Below, piece by piece: positions 37,002 through 46,644 of a DNA stretch of 64,000 nt (the first letter of the stretch is position 1; each line of letters opens with the position of its first letter). This DNA comes from Eubacteriales bacterium (GTDB lineage: Bacteria; Bacillota; Clostridia; Oscillospirales; CAG-272), in NCBI GenBank assembly GCA_045658965.1, contig JAZOVZ010000099.1, positions 832 through 64,831 of the forward strand, written 5' to 3'. The position numbers and the translations under genes were made by a program. The notes beneath the pieces are model-generated. The model was not told the DNA's origin. It was given only the letters and a program-made list of their open reading frames with translations, and made no database searches.

Positions 37002-38318
37002 TTATTTACGAGTGTAAAGTCCGCCGGGCAGCGAGGAGATCAGTCCCTTGATCTCAAACATGGTCAGCGCCATCATGACCTCATGCGCGGGGTAACCGCA
37101 GCGTACCAGCCAATCTGCACTGATCGCCTTATCCAGCGGGATCTGCGCGAACATTTCGCGCTGCTTTTCGGAAAACGCTGCCAGCACCTCGGCAGAATCG
37201 TCACGGTGCGGCTGTGCGGCAGGCTGCTCAGGGGCAGCGTCCGCCTTTTTGGGTTGTGTCCGCTCCGGCTTTTCAGCCTTGGAAGCAGACGGCTTTTGTG
37301 TTTGCTCGGCACGCACCTCGCCCACACTCTTGACGGGCGCAGATGCGGCGGGGAGTCCGACGCCGTAGCGCGCAAACGCTGCGGGATCGGGATCGGAACG
37401 CTCCTGCGCGCGCATCAAGCGGGCAGCATCCACGCTGTCGCGGTACAGGAATGCGTAGTTTTGTAAAATATCGCGTGTGTTCAGCACGACCGCGGCACCG
37501 TCACGGATCAGTGCATTGGTGCCCGAGGTGTTCTGATCGCCCACGTTTCCGGGAACGGCATAAATGTCCTTTCCCTGCGCGATCGCCTCTCTGGCGGTGA
37601 TCAGTGCACCGCTGCCAAGGTCGGCTTCCACGACCAACGCACCCGCGCCAAGACCGCTGATAATGCGGTTGCGGATGGGAAAATGGTAGCCTCTGGGCGG
37701 TGTTGCGGGCGGGAACTCGGTCAACACGACGCCATGCTCGGCAATCGCCTGCATCAGTCTTTCGTGCTGCTTGGGATAAACAACGTCGATCCCGCAGCCA
37801 AGCACCGCAACTGTGCAGCCCTTTGCCGCAAGCGCGCCCACGGCGCAAGCCGCGTCAATGCCGAGTGCCATGCCGCTGACGATGACGGTTCCCGTGCTTG
37901 CCAGCTCATAGGAAATTCTGTACGCCATCTCCTTGCCGTATTCACTCATGCTGCGCGTGCCCACCATGCTGATGAACAAACGCTTTTCAAAGTCGGGCAG
38001 CTTGCCCTTGTAATAAAGCACGCAGGGCGGTGCCTTAATGGCGCGCAAGGAGGAGGGATACGCGGGATCGGTGTAGGACAAAATGCCCACGCCGTGCTTT
38101 TGACAGTACTCCACGATGCCGTACGCATCGTCAAGCCGCTTATCGCACAGTCGGCCCTTCAAGCCCTCGCTGACGTCCAGCTCCTCAATATCCGACTCCT
38201 GCGCACAGAACAGCGCGTATGCGGAGCCGAACTTATTGATCAGCGTAACAAATTCCGTATTGGCAACGCCGGTGCACAGCGACAGCCATACCGAAAACAA
38301 GGTCTCGTTCCCTTTCAT
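37002..38318 (-). CDS. dprA: DNA-processing protein DprA
   Basis: 'VGTR', 'VSGMALGID', 'FPIRNRIISG', 'SGALITA', C-terminal winged helix. Confidence 0.95.
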   Translation of the reverse strand: MKGNETLFSVWLSLCTGVANTEFVTLINKFGSAYALFCAQESDIEELDVSEGLKGRLCDKRLDDAYGIVEYCQKHGVGILSYTDPAYPSSLRAIKAPPCVLYYKGKLPDFEKRLFISMVGTRSMSEYGKEMAYRISYELASTGTVIVSGMALGIDAACAVGALAAKGCTVAVLGCGIDVVYPKQHERLMQAIAEHGVVLTEFPPATPPRGYHFPIRNRIISGLGAGALVVEADLGSGALITAREAIAQGKDIYAVPGNVGDQNTSGTNALIRDGAAVVLNTRDILQNYAFLYRDSVDAARLMRAQERSDPDPAAFARYGVGLPAASAPVKSVGEVRAEQTQKPSASKAEKPERTQPKKADAAPEQPAAQPHRDDSAEVLAAFSEKQREMFAQIPLDKAISADWLVRCGYPAHEVMMALTMFEIKGLISSLPGGLYTRK

Positions 38319-38345
38319 ATAAGCAACTCCTTTCATACGTTTGGT

Positions 38346-39200
38346 TTAATCGTTTCTGCACATCTCCCACATCAGCACAGCTGCTGCGACAGATGCATTG
38401 AGCGACTCTGCATCGCCCGCCATGGGGATATAAACGCTTGCATCGCAAGCGTTCAGGACGCGCTCCGAGAGTCCGTGCCCTTCGTTGCCGATCACGGCGC
38501 TGTCAGCCTTGTCAAACGCAAAGCTGCCAAGCTGGCGCGCGCTTTCGTCAAGGGCTGCGGCATACACGCGTCTGCCGGATGCACGCATCATTTCGATAGC
38601 GGCAGCCAGATCGTCCACGCGCAAAATCCTTTGCGAAAACAGCGTACCCATCGCGCCGCGCAGCACCTTGGGATTATACAGATCCGCACAGTCGCCGCTG
38701 AGAATCAGCCAATCGATACCGAAAGCAAACGCGGTACGCACCACAGTGCCCACGTTGCCGGGATCACGCAGCGATTCGCACAGCAAAACGCGTCCGCCTT
38801 CGGGCGAAAAAATGCCCGAAAGATCCTCGTTGCTACTATCTATTGTAGCGATTTTATGAATTTTGTCAATATATTTTGCCACGCAAATGATTCCCTCGGG
38901 CGCATTTTCGTCAGAAATTTTGACAAAAAGATCGTGTGAGAGATACAAAATGCGGCAATTTGCGTCGTCCAAAGTCAGCGAATACAGGCTCTTGGTCTTG
39001 GCGTTTACGCTGTTTACAAGCGTCTCGTCCACCAAAACAAAAGCGAGCTCCACGCCTCTTTGCACCGCCTCACAAAACAGCTTGACGCCGTCAAAACGGA
39101 ACATTTTTTCGCTCTGGCGATGCTTCTTTTCGCCCAGCTTGCATGCAAGGCTGACGTAGCCGTTCTGCCTGGACGTAATGATCATGGGGGTAGATTCCAT
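38346..39200 (-). CDS. TrmH/SpoU-family RNA methyltransferase
   Basis: 'ITSRQN', 'DPGNVGTVVRTA', 'GNEGHGLS', 'ESLNASVAA'. Confidence 0.92.
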   Translation of the reverse strand: MESTPMIITSRQNGYVSLACKLGEKKHRQSEKMFRFDGVKLFCEAVQRGVELAFVLVDETLVNSVNAKTKSLYSLTLDDANCRILYLSHDLFVKISDENAPEGIICVAKYIDKIHKIATIDSSNEDLSGIFSPEGGRVLLCESLRDPGNVGTVVRTAFAFGIDWLILSGDCADLYNPKVLRGAMGTLFSQRILRVDDLAAAIEMMRASGRRVYAAALDESARQLGSFAFDKADSAVIGNEGHGLSERVLNACDASVYIPMAGDAESLNASVAAAVLMWEMCRND

Positions 39201-39372
39201 GGAAAGATCCTCCGTTAAAAGGACATAATTTAAGGGAAAACGGGCTGTCACACGCGCGTGTAAACAGCCCATTATGGCATGGATTTTCCTTGTTTTACAA
39301 GGTTTTTACCTAAGCCATAAAACGCAACTGGGGATGCCCGCACACACGTGTGTAAGCATCCCCAATATTCAA

Positions 39373-39726
39373 TTAAAGAGCAGCCTTAGCCTGCTCGCAC
39401 AGAGCGGTGAATGCAGCGGGATCGCTGATTGCGATCTCAGACAGCATCTTTCTGTTCAGGGTTACGTTTGCCTTCTTCAGACCGTTCATGAAAGTAGAGT
39501 AGTTCATGCCGTTTGCCTTGCAAGCTGCGGAAATTCTGGTGATCCACAGACGACGGAAGTCTCTCTTCTTCATCTTTCTGCCGGCAAATGCATAGTTACC
39601 GCTCTTCATGACGGCCTGCTTAGCCATCTTGAAGTGCTTGGACTTGGAACCCCAGTAGCCCTTTGCAGCCTTCAGAACTTTATTTCTTCTCTTACGCGCC
39701 ATCATAGCGCCCTTAACTCTTGCCAT
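39373..39726 (-). CDS. rplT: 50S ribosomal protein L20
   Basis: MARVKG...KGYWG...RRLWITRI...LNRKMLSE. Confidence 0.98.
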   Translation of the reverse strand: MARVKGAMMARKRRNKVLKAAKGYWGSKSKHFKMAKQAVMKSGNYAFAGRKMKKRDFRRLWITRISAACKANGMNYSTFMNGLKKANVTLNRKMLSEIAISDPAAFTALCEQAKAAL

Positions 39727-39758
39727 TTTCTTATCCTCCTTCTGCTAATTTCTTCCGA

Positions 39759-39956
39759 TTACTTCTGAATCAGTTCTCTGATGTTTGCAGCGACCTTTGC
39801 GCTTGCGATGGTTGCACCGGTGCGCAGATGTCTCTTTCTCTTCTGATCCTTAATGCCCAGCTTGTGGCGGTGGTGGCTGTGGTTCATCTTAACCTTGCCG
39901 GTTCCGGTAACGGAAAATCTCTTAGCCGAAGCCTTATGTGTCTTAACCTTTCCCAT
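39759..39956 (-). CDS. rpmI: 50S ribosomal protein L35
   Basis: [21 protein letters not shown]; lies between infC and rplT. Confidence 0.96.
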   Translation of the reverse strand: MGKVKTHKASAKRFSVTGTGKVKMNHSHHRHKLGIKDQKRKRHLRTGATIASAKVAANIRELIQK

Positions 39957-40064
39957 TTTAACTTTTCTCCTTTTCAATTTTGATTGGCGTGCACGTGGCA
40001 CTATCATTTCTCCCTCGGGGCGCAATGGAAAGGGCGCACCTTCGGAATAATAAAATGAACGAAA

Positions 40065-40589
40065 TTACTTTTTCTTAACGGGCGAAATGACTACGCTGAG
40101 CAGCTTACCGTTCAGCACGGGCTTTTTGTCGGTCGTACCCAGGTCCGCACAGTCGGCAATAAACTTGTCGATCATGTCCTTACCCAGCTGCTGATGGCTC
40201 ATCTCACGTCCGTGGAAGACTAATACGACCTTGACCTTGTTGCCCTGCTCCAGGAACTTGCGGCCTCTCTTCATCTTGGTCTCGTAGTCGTGGGTGTCAA
40301 TGCGGCAGGAAAGCTGAATTTCCTTGGTTTCAATGACCTGCTGCTTTTTCTTTGCTTCCTTTTCGCGCTTATCCTTTTCAAAGCGATACTTGCCGTAATC
40401 CATGATCTTGCACACGGGGGGATTTGCATCGGGAGACATCATCACAAGATCCAGCGACTTGTCGTAAGCCATCTGAAGTGCCTGATCGGAGCTCATGATA
40501 CCCAGCATTGCGCCGTCCGTGCCGATAACGCGGATCTGCTCACAGTTGATCTCTTCATTAATAAGCGTGTCTTTTTGATTGGTAGCGAT
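40065..40589 (-). CDS. infC: Translation initiation factor IF-3 (ATC start codon)
   Basis: 'INEEI', 'PPVCKIMDYGKY', 'VFHGRE'. GGAGG is followed 9 nt later by an in-frame ATC, with no suitably placed ATG/GTG/TTG. Confidence 0.93.
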   Translation of the reverse strand: MATNQKDTLINEEINCEQIRVIGTDGAMLGIMSSDQALQMAYDKSLDLVMMSPDANPPVCKIMDYGKYRFEKDKREKEAKKKQQVIETKEIQLSCRIDTHDYETKMKRGRKFLEQGNKVKVVLVFHGREMSHQQLGKDMIDKFIADCADLGTTDKKPVLNGKLLSVVISPVKKK

Positions 40590-40599
40590 AGGACTGCAC

Positions 40600-40735
40600 C
40601 TCCGAAAAATAAAAATCGTACCGAAGCAATCTGCCCCCGTACGCCCACTGCACCGACTTCGCGGCACAAGAAAAGAGAATATCAACCGAGCGCGCTCATG
40701 GGCGGCAGGGTGGAAACCGAGGGGTTTCGCTTCAT
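40600..40735 (-). promoter_or_regulatory. Probable L20 leader (ribosomal protein autoregulatory RNA)
   Basis: Long structured 5' region of infC-rpmI-rplT beginning GAAGCGAAACCCCTCGGTTTCCACCCTG and ending in a U-rich tract. Position matches the Firmicutes L20 leader; not tested against a covariance model. Confidence 0.55.
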
Positions 40736-40889
40736 TTACCGTGCTATTTTACCACACATGCTTGGGTTTGTCAATAGGTTTTGCAAAAATATTTTTCATT
40801 TTTCGCATCTGCTTTCACGGATTTCTTCCGGCGTTGCACCAGTGCCCTTCTTTTGGGCAAAAGGCAGACGAAAAATTGGATGCCGCCCG

Positions 40890-40918
40890 TTGACGCAGCC
40901 GCTTTTTTATGGTATAAT
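40890..40918 (+). promoter_or_regulatory. SigA promoter
   Basis: TTGACG-17 nt-TATAAT with TGn extended -10. Confidence 0.8.
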
Positions 40919-40951
40919 GATAGTACTTACAATCGGGAAAGGAGCTCCCCC

Positions 40952-43588
40952 ATGAAAAAACGTTTTGCGTTTGCTAAAATTCTCCCGCTTTTGCCGGCGG
41001 TCTTTATGATGGCAGCCTGCATACCGCCCCTGATCCTGCCTGCTTATGCAGCAGATGTTCCCGTCATGAACGGAACGGGCGCACGCAACGCCATGCGCGT
41101 TGAGACCACGTTTGCTTACCGCGCCAAGGTCAACGCCGAGTTCACCGGCTTTTCCTTCGCCATGCCCACCTGGACCGAAACAAACGCAGCTTGCACGCTG
41201 GCGCTGTTCAAGTGGACCGGTGACCCCGACGACTCTCTGGAAGCCGCGCCCATCGCATCCGTACGCATCGATCCCATGAAAGACAATGCCACAAACAAGC
41301 TGACCTTCGCCGCACAGCCCGCAGGTGAATACCTGTTTGCCGTGATCGAGCCCCGCGGTTCGGTCGGCGTCTGGACCTATACCGACGTCAAGGACGGCAA
41401 GGGTTTTACCTATATTGACGGCAGCGAGCTGCCGCACGAGCCCGAGCTCAAGATCGCCTTCGTGGGCTCTGTCGCAGATCCCTTCGGTAAATGCGATCCG
41501 ATCAGCGCAGACATCGACGGCAAGCACACAGCCCCCAAGGAATACGTCATTCCCGAGGACAGTGCCATTTACACCCACGAGGTCATGCCCGACACCTGGG
41601 TATTCACCGACGGTCTGGGTCGCGTTTCGCTGACCAACGCCGAGGTCGGTGACCCACGCGAGGACAAGACCGTATCCATCTTCTTCTGGACATGGCACCT
41701 TGGCAGACTCCGCGCTATCAACGTCAACGACACCGTAGAGCAATATCCCGAGGCAATGCGTGATTTCAACCATCCCGTATGGACGCCCGCCAACTTCCAG
41801 GGCTCATGGAACGAATCCATCTACGGTTACTATGAAAGCACCGATACCTGGGTCATCCGCCGTCAGGGTGAGCTGCTTGCCAACGCGGGCATCGACGCCA
41901 TTCTGACCGATAACACCAACGGCACCGCTACGCACAAATCCGGCTACAAGGCATTGTTCAAGACCTGGTCGGACGCGATGGACGACGGCGTGCTGACTCC
42001 CAAGGTCTCCTTCATGATGCCCTTCGGAGGCGGTGCGGACACCAACACGCAGGTGCGTGAGCTGTACTTAGATTTCTTCCGTAACGGCGACTACCATAAG
42101 CTTTGGTTCTACTGGAAAGGCAAGCCCATGCTGATGGCACGCCAGAGCGCCATCAACACCGGAGACAACGCAGGCAGAGAGATCACGAAATTCTTCACCT
42201 GGCGCAGCGGTCAGCCCGGATATAAGGTCGGCAAGACCGATACCGGCAGCTGGGGCTGGCTCTCCACCTACCCGCAGGCAGTTTATTACGCCTCTGCCAA
42301 GGACAGATCCAATAAAATTGCCGAGCAGGTCACCGTAGGCATCGCACAAAACCACAACTACGCGCTGGACATGATCTCGGCTATGAGCGGCAACAACGTT
42401 ATGGGACGCTCCTATACGCACGACTACCCCGATCGCTACGACAAGGAAGGCAAGGAAGCCTCCAAATGGGGCTACAACTTCGCAGAGCAGTTCAACTACG
42501 CGCTGGAGATCGACCCCAAGATCATCTTTATCACGGGTTGGAACGAATGGGCAATGGCACGCATCGACGGTTGGCCCGAGGGCTATGACTCCGCTGTTCC
42601 CAACGCGTTCTGCGACCAGTTCAACGACGAATTCTCCCGCGACATTGAGCCTACCAGAGGCGACCTCAAGGACCATTATTACTATCAGATGGTCAACTTC
42701 ATCCGTCAGTACAAGGGCGTACGCCCCATTCCCACTCCCAACGGTATGGCAACCATCGATATCACCAAAGATAACGCACAGTGGAGTGCGGTCGAGCCCT
42801 ACTACGCAGCCTACGTCGGCAATACCGGCGACCGCGAGGGCGACGGCTGGGGCGAGCTGCAGTACCACGAATACTCCGGCAGAAACGACATCATGGGCGC
42901 AAAGATCGCACGTGACGACGAATACGTTTACTTCTACGTAGAGTGCGCAGAGGATATCACCCCCTACACCGATCCTCTTTGGATGGTGCTGTATCTTGAC
43001 ACCGATCAGCAGAATCAGGGTTGGGAGACCTTTGATTTCGTACTCAATAAGACCTCTCCCTCCGCAACCAAGGCAGTGCTTGAAAAGTTCACGGGCAACG
43101 GCTACGAGACCGAGACCGTGGGCGAGGTGGACTACACCGTAAACGGCAACTACATGCAGGTCAAGGTACCCAAGAGCATGCTTTCCCTGTCCGGTCACGA
43201 CTTCACCGTCAACTTTGCATGGACCGATAACGTACACGACCTTGCAGACGCAGGCGCACGCGGCGAGACCGACTACGTTTACACCACCTTCTCCGGTGAC
43301 ATTCTGGACTTCTACACCTCGGGTGACGTTGCTCCCTCGGGCAGATTCAAATACAGCTACGTCTCGACCGCCGCAAACGCGACCGGCACCGAGCCCGAAG
43401 TCACCACCGAACCCGTAGAAACCGATCCCGCAGAGGACGTTACCACCGATGCACAACCCGATCAGACCACCGAGCAAACCACCGAGCAGACCGAGCAAAA
43501 GAGCGGATGCAAATCCGTTGCCGCTCCCGTCATGGTGCTGGCTCTGATGGCATGCGCATCCGTCGTAATCACCAAAAAGAAGGATTGA
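40952..43588 (+). CDS. Secreted glycoside hydrolase, GH99/GH71-like, with C-terminal GCxS-TM-KKKD tail
   Basis: Signal peptide; 'YGYYESTDTWVIRRQGELLANAGID', 'WKGKPM', 'IFITGWNEW', 'DIEP'; T/E/P linker and C-terminal TM. Confidence 0.7.
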   Translation: MKKRFAFAKILPLLPAVFMMAACIPPLILPAYAADVPVMNGTGARNAMRVETTFAYRAKVNAEFTGFSFAMPTWTETNAACTLALFKWTGDPDDSLEAAPIASVRIDPMKDNATNKLTFAAQPAGEYLFAVIEPRGSVGVWTYTDVKDGKGFTYIDGSELPHEPELKIAFVGSVADPFGKCDPISADIDGKHTAPKEYVIPEDSAIYTHEVMPDTWVFTDGLGRVSLTNAEVGDPREDKTVSIFFWTWHLGRLRAINVNDTVEQYPEAMRDFNHPVWTPANFQGSWNESIYGYYESTDTWVIRRQGELLANAGIDAILTDNTNGTATHKSGYKALFKTWSDAMDDGVLTPKVSFMMPFGGGADTNTQVRELYLDFFRNGDYHKLWFYWKGKPMLMARQSAINTGDNAGREITKFFTWRSGQPGYKVGKTDTGSWGWLSTYPQAVYYASAKDRSNKIAEQVTVGIAQNHNYALDMISAMSGNNVMGRSYTHDYPDRYDKEGKEASKWGYNFAEQFNYALEIDPKIIFITGWNEWAMARIDGWPEGYDSAVPNAFCDQFNDEFSRDIEPTRGDLKDHYYYQMVNFIRQYKGVRPIPTPNGMATIDITKDNAQWSAVEPYYAAYVGNTGDREGDGWGELQYHEYSGRNDIMGAKIARDDEYVYFYVECAEDITPYTDPLWMVLYLDTDQQNQGWETFDFVLNKTSPSATKAVLEKFTGNGYETETVGEVDYTVNGNYMQVKVPKSMLSLSGHDFTVNFAWTDNVHDLADAGARGETDYVYTTFSGDILDFYTSGDVAPSGRFKYSYVSTAANATGTEPEVTTEPVETDPAEDVTTDAQPDQTTEQTTEQTEQKSGCKSVAAPVMVLALMACASVVITKKKD

Positions 43589-43600
43589 TCCTACTCCTCC

Positions 43601-43632
43601 AAGGGGCTTGTCTTCGGGCAAGCCCCTTTTTT
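43601..43632 (+). terminator. Intrinsic terminator
   Basis: AAGGGGCTTGtC-ttcg-GgCAAGCCCCTTTTTT. Confidence 0.85.
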
Positions 43633-43775
43633 CGCGGGCAAAACCGAACGCCCGTTTGGTACGACATGCATGTCTATCGGGAAAATAGCCAAAATATTCT
43701 GTGAAAATATCGGCGATTTTCTCACCGGTAGTTGTTTTCACGAAATATCTCGTCAAAAATCGTCAACTTTGCCAA

Positions 43776-43804
43776 TTTACAAAACGCACAGGATGCGGTA
43801 TAAT
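43776..43804 (+). promoter_or_regulatory. SigA promoter driving the candidate ncRNA
   Basis: TTTACA-17 nt-TATAAT. Confidence 0.65.
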
Positions 43805-43810
43805 AATCAT

Positions 43811-43987
43811 GCACGGCGGAAGCAGTCGTTCCGTCGGAAAAGTGCAGCTCAAGTCGGACTTTGCGGAACGTCAATCTCATGACGTAAAGCGTGCAAAGAC
43901 GCCAAACGTTGCATCAGCTTCGTTCGCACCGAGGATATACGCGAGCGAACATGGAAGCGGGATCGGTTTCTGCCGATTCCGTTTTTT
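43811..43987 (+). ncRNA. Candidate structured small RNA (~175 nt; 6S-like rod or attenuator)
   Basis: GC-rich island in an AT-rich intergenic region, bounded by a promoter and a terminator (43958-43987); several pairable stems; no credible ORF. Confidence 0.55.
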
Positions 43988-44199
43988 CATTTTTCATTTT
44001 TTATACCCTTTTGCGCGTTTTTTCGCGCTTTTTTTGCGCTGTTTTTGAAAAAAACTATATAATAATTGTAAATAAACCTTGAAAGGTATAGCATTTTTTT
44101 ACCTCTTGTGCTATAATGTTAAGTTGATATAGTATTATCCCGCCCTTAGGGCGTCTTGTATATATCGCAATACCCTACCCCGGAAAGGAATTTTTACAC

Positions 44200-46644
44200 A
44201 TGTCAGGATATATTGAAAAAGCCGAAAGCATGACCATGCCCGTGATCGCATTGCGCGGCATCGTCGCTTTTCCCGGTGCCACCATCAATTTTGACGTTGC
44301 CGAGGACAGCTTTGGCTCGGCACATGCGGCAAAGCTTGCCGCACAGGGCTCTTTGCCCGTGCTTTTGGTCACCTTGCGCGATCCGAGTGAGCCCGACAGC
44401 GGTGAACCCTCGCTGCAGAAGCTGCACCGCGTTGGCACAATTGCCAAAATCAGACAGCTTGTCAAGTCCGGTGACGGACAAAACCGCGCCATTGCCGTTG
44501 GTATGACGCGCGGTATGCTGAGTGCTCTGCACCCCACCGAGGACGGCACGTACGCTGAGGTCATGTGCAAATCCTACGTGCTCAAGGATAACGGCGGCAT
44601 TCGCGCCGAGGCGTATATGCGTCAGGCTCTCGCTGCCATGGAGCGCGTGGTACATCACCTGCCCGCATCGGGCGAGGAGATCATGCACTCCGCACGCGCG
44701 CTCAGAGACCCCGGCGTGCTTGCCGATATGATCGCTGCCAACGTGCTCATTCGTCCCGAGGATAAGCAGACCGTGCTGGAATGCTTTGATCCCATGATCC
44801 GTATTGAAACCGTTTGCATGATGCTGGATCACGAAGCGGAGATTTTGGAATGCGACGCCATGATCCACGGCCGCGTGCGCGAGCGCATTGCGCGCCATCA
44901 AAAGGAATACTACATGCGCGAGCAGATCCGTACCCTGCAAGAGGAGCTTGGCGAGGGTGACAACGAGATCTGGGAAAACAAAAAGCGTATTGCGCAGGCG
45001 CATCTGCCCGAAGAGGTGGAGAAAAAGCTGCTCAAGGAAAACGACCGCCTTTCCCGCACGCCGTTCGGCTCCGCAGAGGCAGGCGTGATTGAAAACTACC
45101 TGGACGTTTGCTTAAATCTGCCCTGGAACAAGACCACCAAGGACCGCGTCAGCGTTTCTGCAGCCAAAAAGGTGCTGGACGCAGACCACGACGGCATGGA
45201 GAAAGTCAAGGAGCGCATTCTGGAGTTCCTTGCCGTTAAGCAGCTCTCCCCCGAGCTGAAAAATCAGATCATTTGCTTGGTAGGCCCTCCCGGCGTGGGT
45301 AAGACCTCAATCGGTGCTTCCATCGCCCGCGCGCTCAAGCGCAAGTACGTGCGCGTGTCCCTGGGCGGTGTGCGTGACGAGGCGGATATCCGCGGTCACC
45401 GTAAGACCTACATCGGCTCTATGCCCGGCAGAATCATCGACGCCGTTTCCCGTGCGGGCGTGCGCAATCCGCTGATTTTGCTCGACGAGATCGACAAGCT
45501 GTCGATCAGCGCGCACGGTGATCCCTCCTCCGCGCTACTTGAGGTGCTGGACCCCGAGCAGAACAAATACTTCCGCGATCACTTCGTGGAGCTTCCCTTC
45601 GACCTTTCCGACTGTCTGTTCATTGCGACCGCCAACACGCTTGAGACCGTGCCGCGTCCTCTGATCGACCGTATGGAGATCATTGAGCTGGGGACCTACA
45701 CCAAGAGCGAAAAACGCAGCATTGCCAAGAATCACTTGATTCCCAAGCAGCTGACGCGCCACGGTCTTTCCAAGCGTGCGGTCAAGATCACCGATGCCGC
45801 CGTAGACGAGCTGATCGAATACTACACCCGCGAGGCAGGCGTGCGTAACTTGGAGCGTACCTTTGCCGAGCTTTGCCGCAAGGCAGCCAAGAAAATGGTG
45901 GAAACGGAATGCAAGAAGATCGTCATTGACGCGTCCGACGTTCAGGGCTACTTGGGCCCGCGTAAGCGTTTGCCCGATGCCATTTCCGCTATGGACGAGG
46001 TGGGCGAGGTCAACGGCCTTGCATGGACAGAGGTGGGCGGTGACGTTTTGCGCGTAGAGGTTGCCGTAACCGACGGCACGGGCAAGATCGAGCTGACAGG
46101 CTCGCTTGGCGACGTCATGAAGGAAAGCGCAAAGGCTGCGCTGACCTACACCCGCTCGGTTGCCGATAAATGGGGCATTCCCACCGATTTCTATACCAAA
46201 AAGGACATTCACGTGCACGTGCCCGAGGGCGCAGTACCCAAGGACGGCCCCAGCGCGGGCGTGACCATGGCGGCCGCTATGATCAGCGCACTTGCAAATA
46301 TTCCCGTCCGCCGCGACGTTGCCATGACGGGCGAGATCACGCTGCGCGGCAGAGTGCTTGCCATTGGCGGACTCAAAGAAAAATCGCTTGCCGCATACGC
46401 TGCAGGCGCAACCACGGTCTGCATTCCCGCAGATAACATGCGAGACATGCACGAGCTTGATCCCGAGGTCAAGGAGCACGTGCACTTTGTGCCCTGCTCC
46501 CGCATCGAGGACGTGCTCGCAGTCGCACTCGTGCAGCCCGAGGCAGTTAAGACTGCCCCCGTTTCCCATGACATTCCCGATTACATTCCCGTAGCAACCG
46601 GCACAAGCCGTGTTCCCGCTACGTCGTTTACAGAGGTAAAATAA
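44200..46644 (+). CDS. lon: Lon protease
   Basis: 'GPPGVGKTS', 'IRGHRKTYIGSMPG', 'PKDGPSAG', 'IGGLKEK'. Confidence 0.97.
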   Translation: MSGYIEKAESMTMPVIALRGIVAFPGATINFDVAEDSFGSAHAAKLAAQGSLPVLLVTLRDPSEPDSGEPSLQKLHRVGTIAKIRQLVKSGDGQNRAIAVGMTRGMLSALHPTEDGTYAEVMCKSYVLKDNGGIRAEAYMRQALAAMERVVHHLPASGEEIMHSARALRDPGVLADMIAANVLIRPEDKQTVLECFDPMIRIETVCMMLDHEAEILECDAMIHGRVRERIARHQKEYYMREQIRTLQEELGEGDNEIWENKKRIAQAHLPEEVEKKLLKENDRLSRTPFGSAEAGVIENYLDVCLNLPWNKTTKDRVSVSAAKKVLDADHDGMEKVKERILEFLAVKQLSPELKNQIICLVGPPGVGKTSIGASIARALKRKYVRVSLGGVRDEADIRGHRKTYIGSMPGRIIDAVSRAGVRNPLILLDEIDKLSISAHGDPSSALLEVLDPEQNKYFRDHFVELPFDLSDCLFIATANTLETVPRPLIDRMEIIELGTYTKSEKRSIAKNHLIPKQLTRHGLSKRAVKITDAAVDELIEYYTREAGVRNLERTFAELCRKAAKKMVETECKKIVIDASDVQGYLGPRKRLPDAISAMDEVGEVNGLAWTEVGGDVLRVEVAVTDGTGKIELTGSLGDVMKESAKAALTYTRSVADKWGIPTDFYTKKDIHVHVPEGAVPKDGPSAGVTMAAAMISALANIPVRRDVAMTGEITLRGRVLAIGGLKEKSLAAYAAGATTVCIPADNMRDMHELDPEVKEHVHFVPCSRIEDVLAVALVQPEAVKTAPVSHDIPDYIPVATGTSRVPATSFTEVK

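Noticed and set aside
39957-40064. Structured element in the infC-rpmI gap
   Set aside because: It has a GC-rich patch with a short repeated TGCGCCC, but I could not establish a convincing fold or family by eye.
40590-40951. N-terminal extensions in the ORF track for infC and the 40781 hydrolase (similarly rluB from 53174, rpmI from 40025, and the 22663 start)
   Set aside because: RBS position and family N-termini support the downstream starts used in the feature list.
43811-43987. tRNA, tmRNA, SRP RNA or RNase P RNA
   Set aside because: I found no cloverleaf or T-loop, tmRNA termini, SRP GGAA-loop domain or RNase P GAGGAAAGTCC motif. It is kept only as an unclassified ncRNA candidate.
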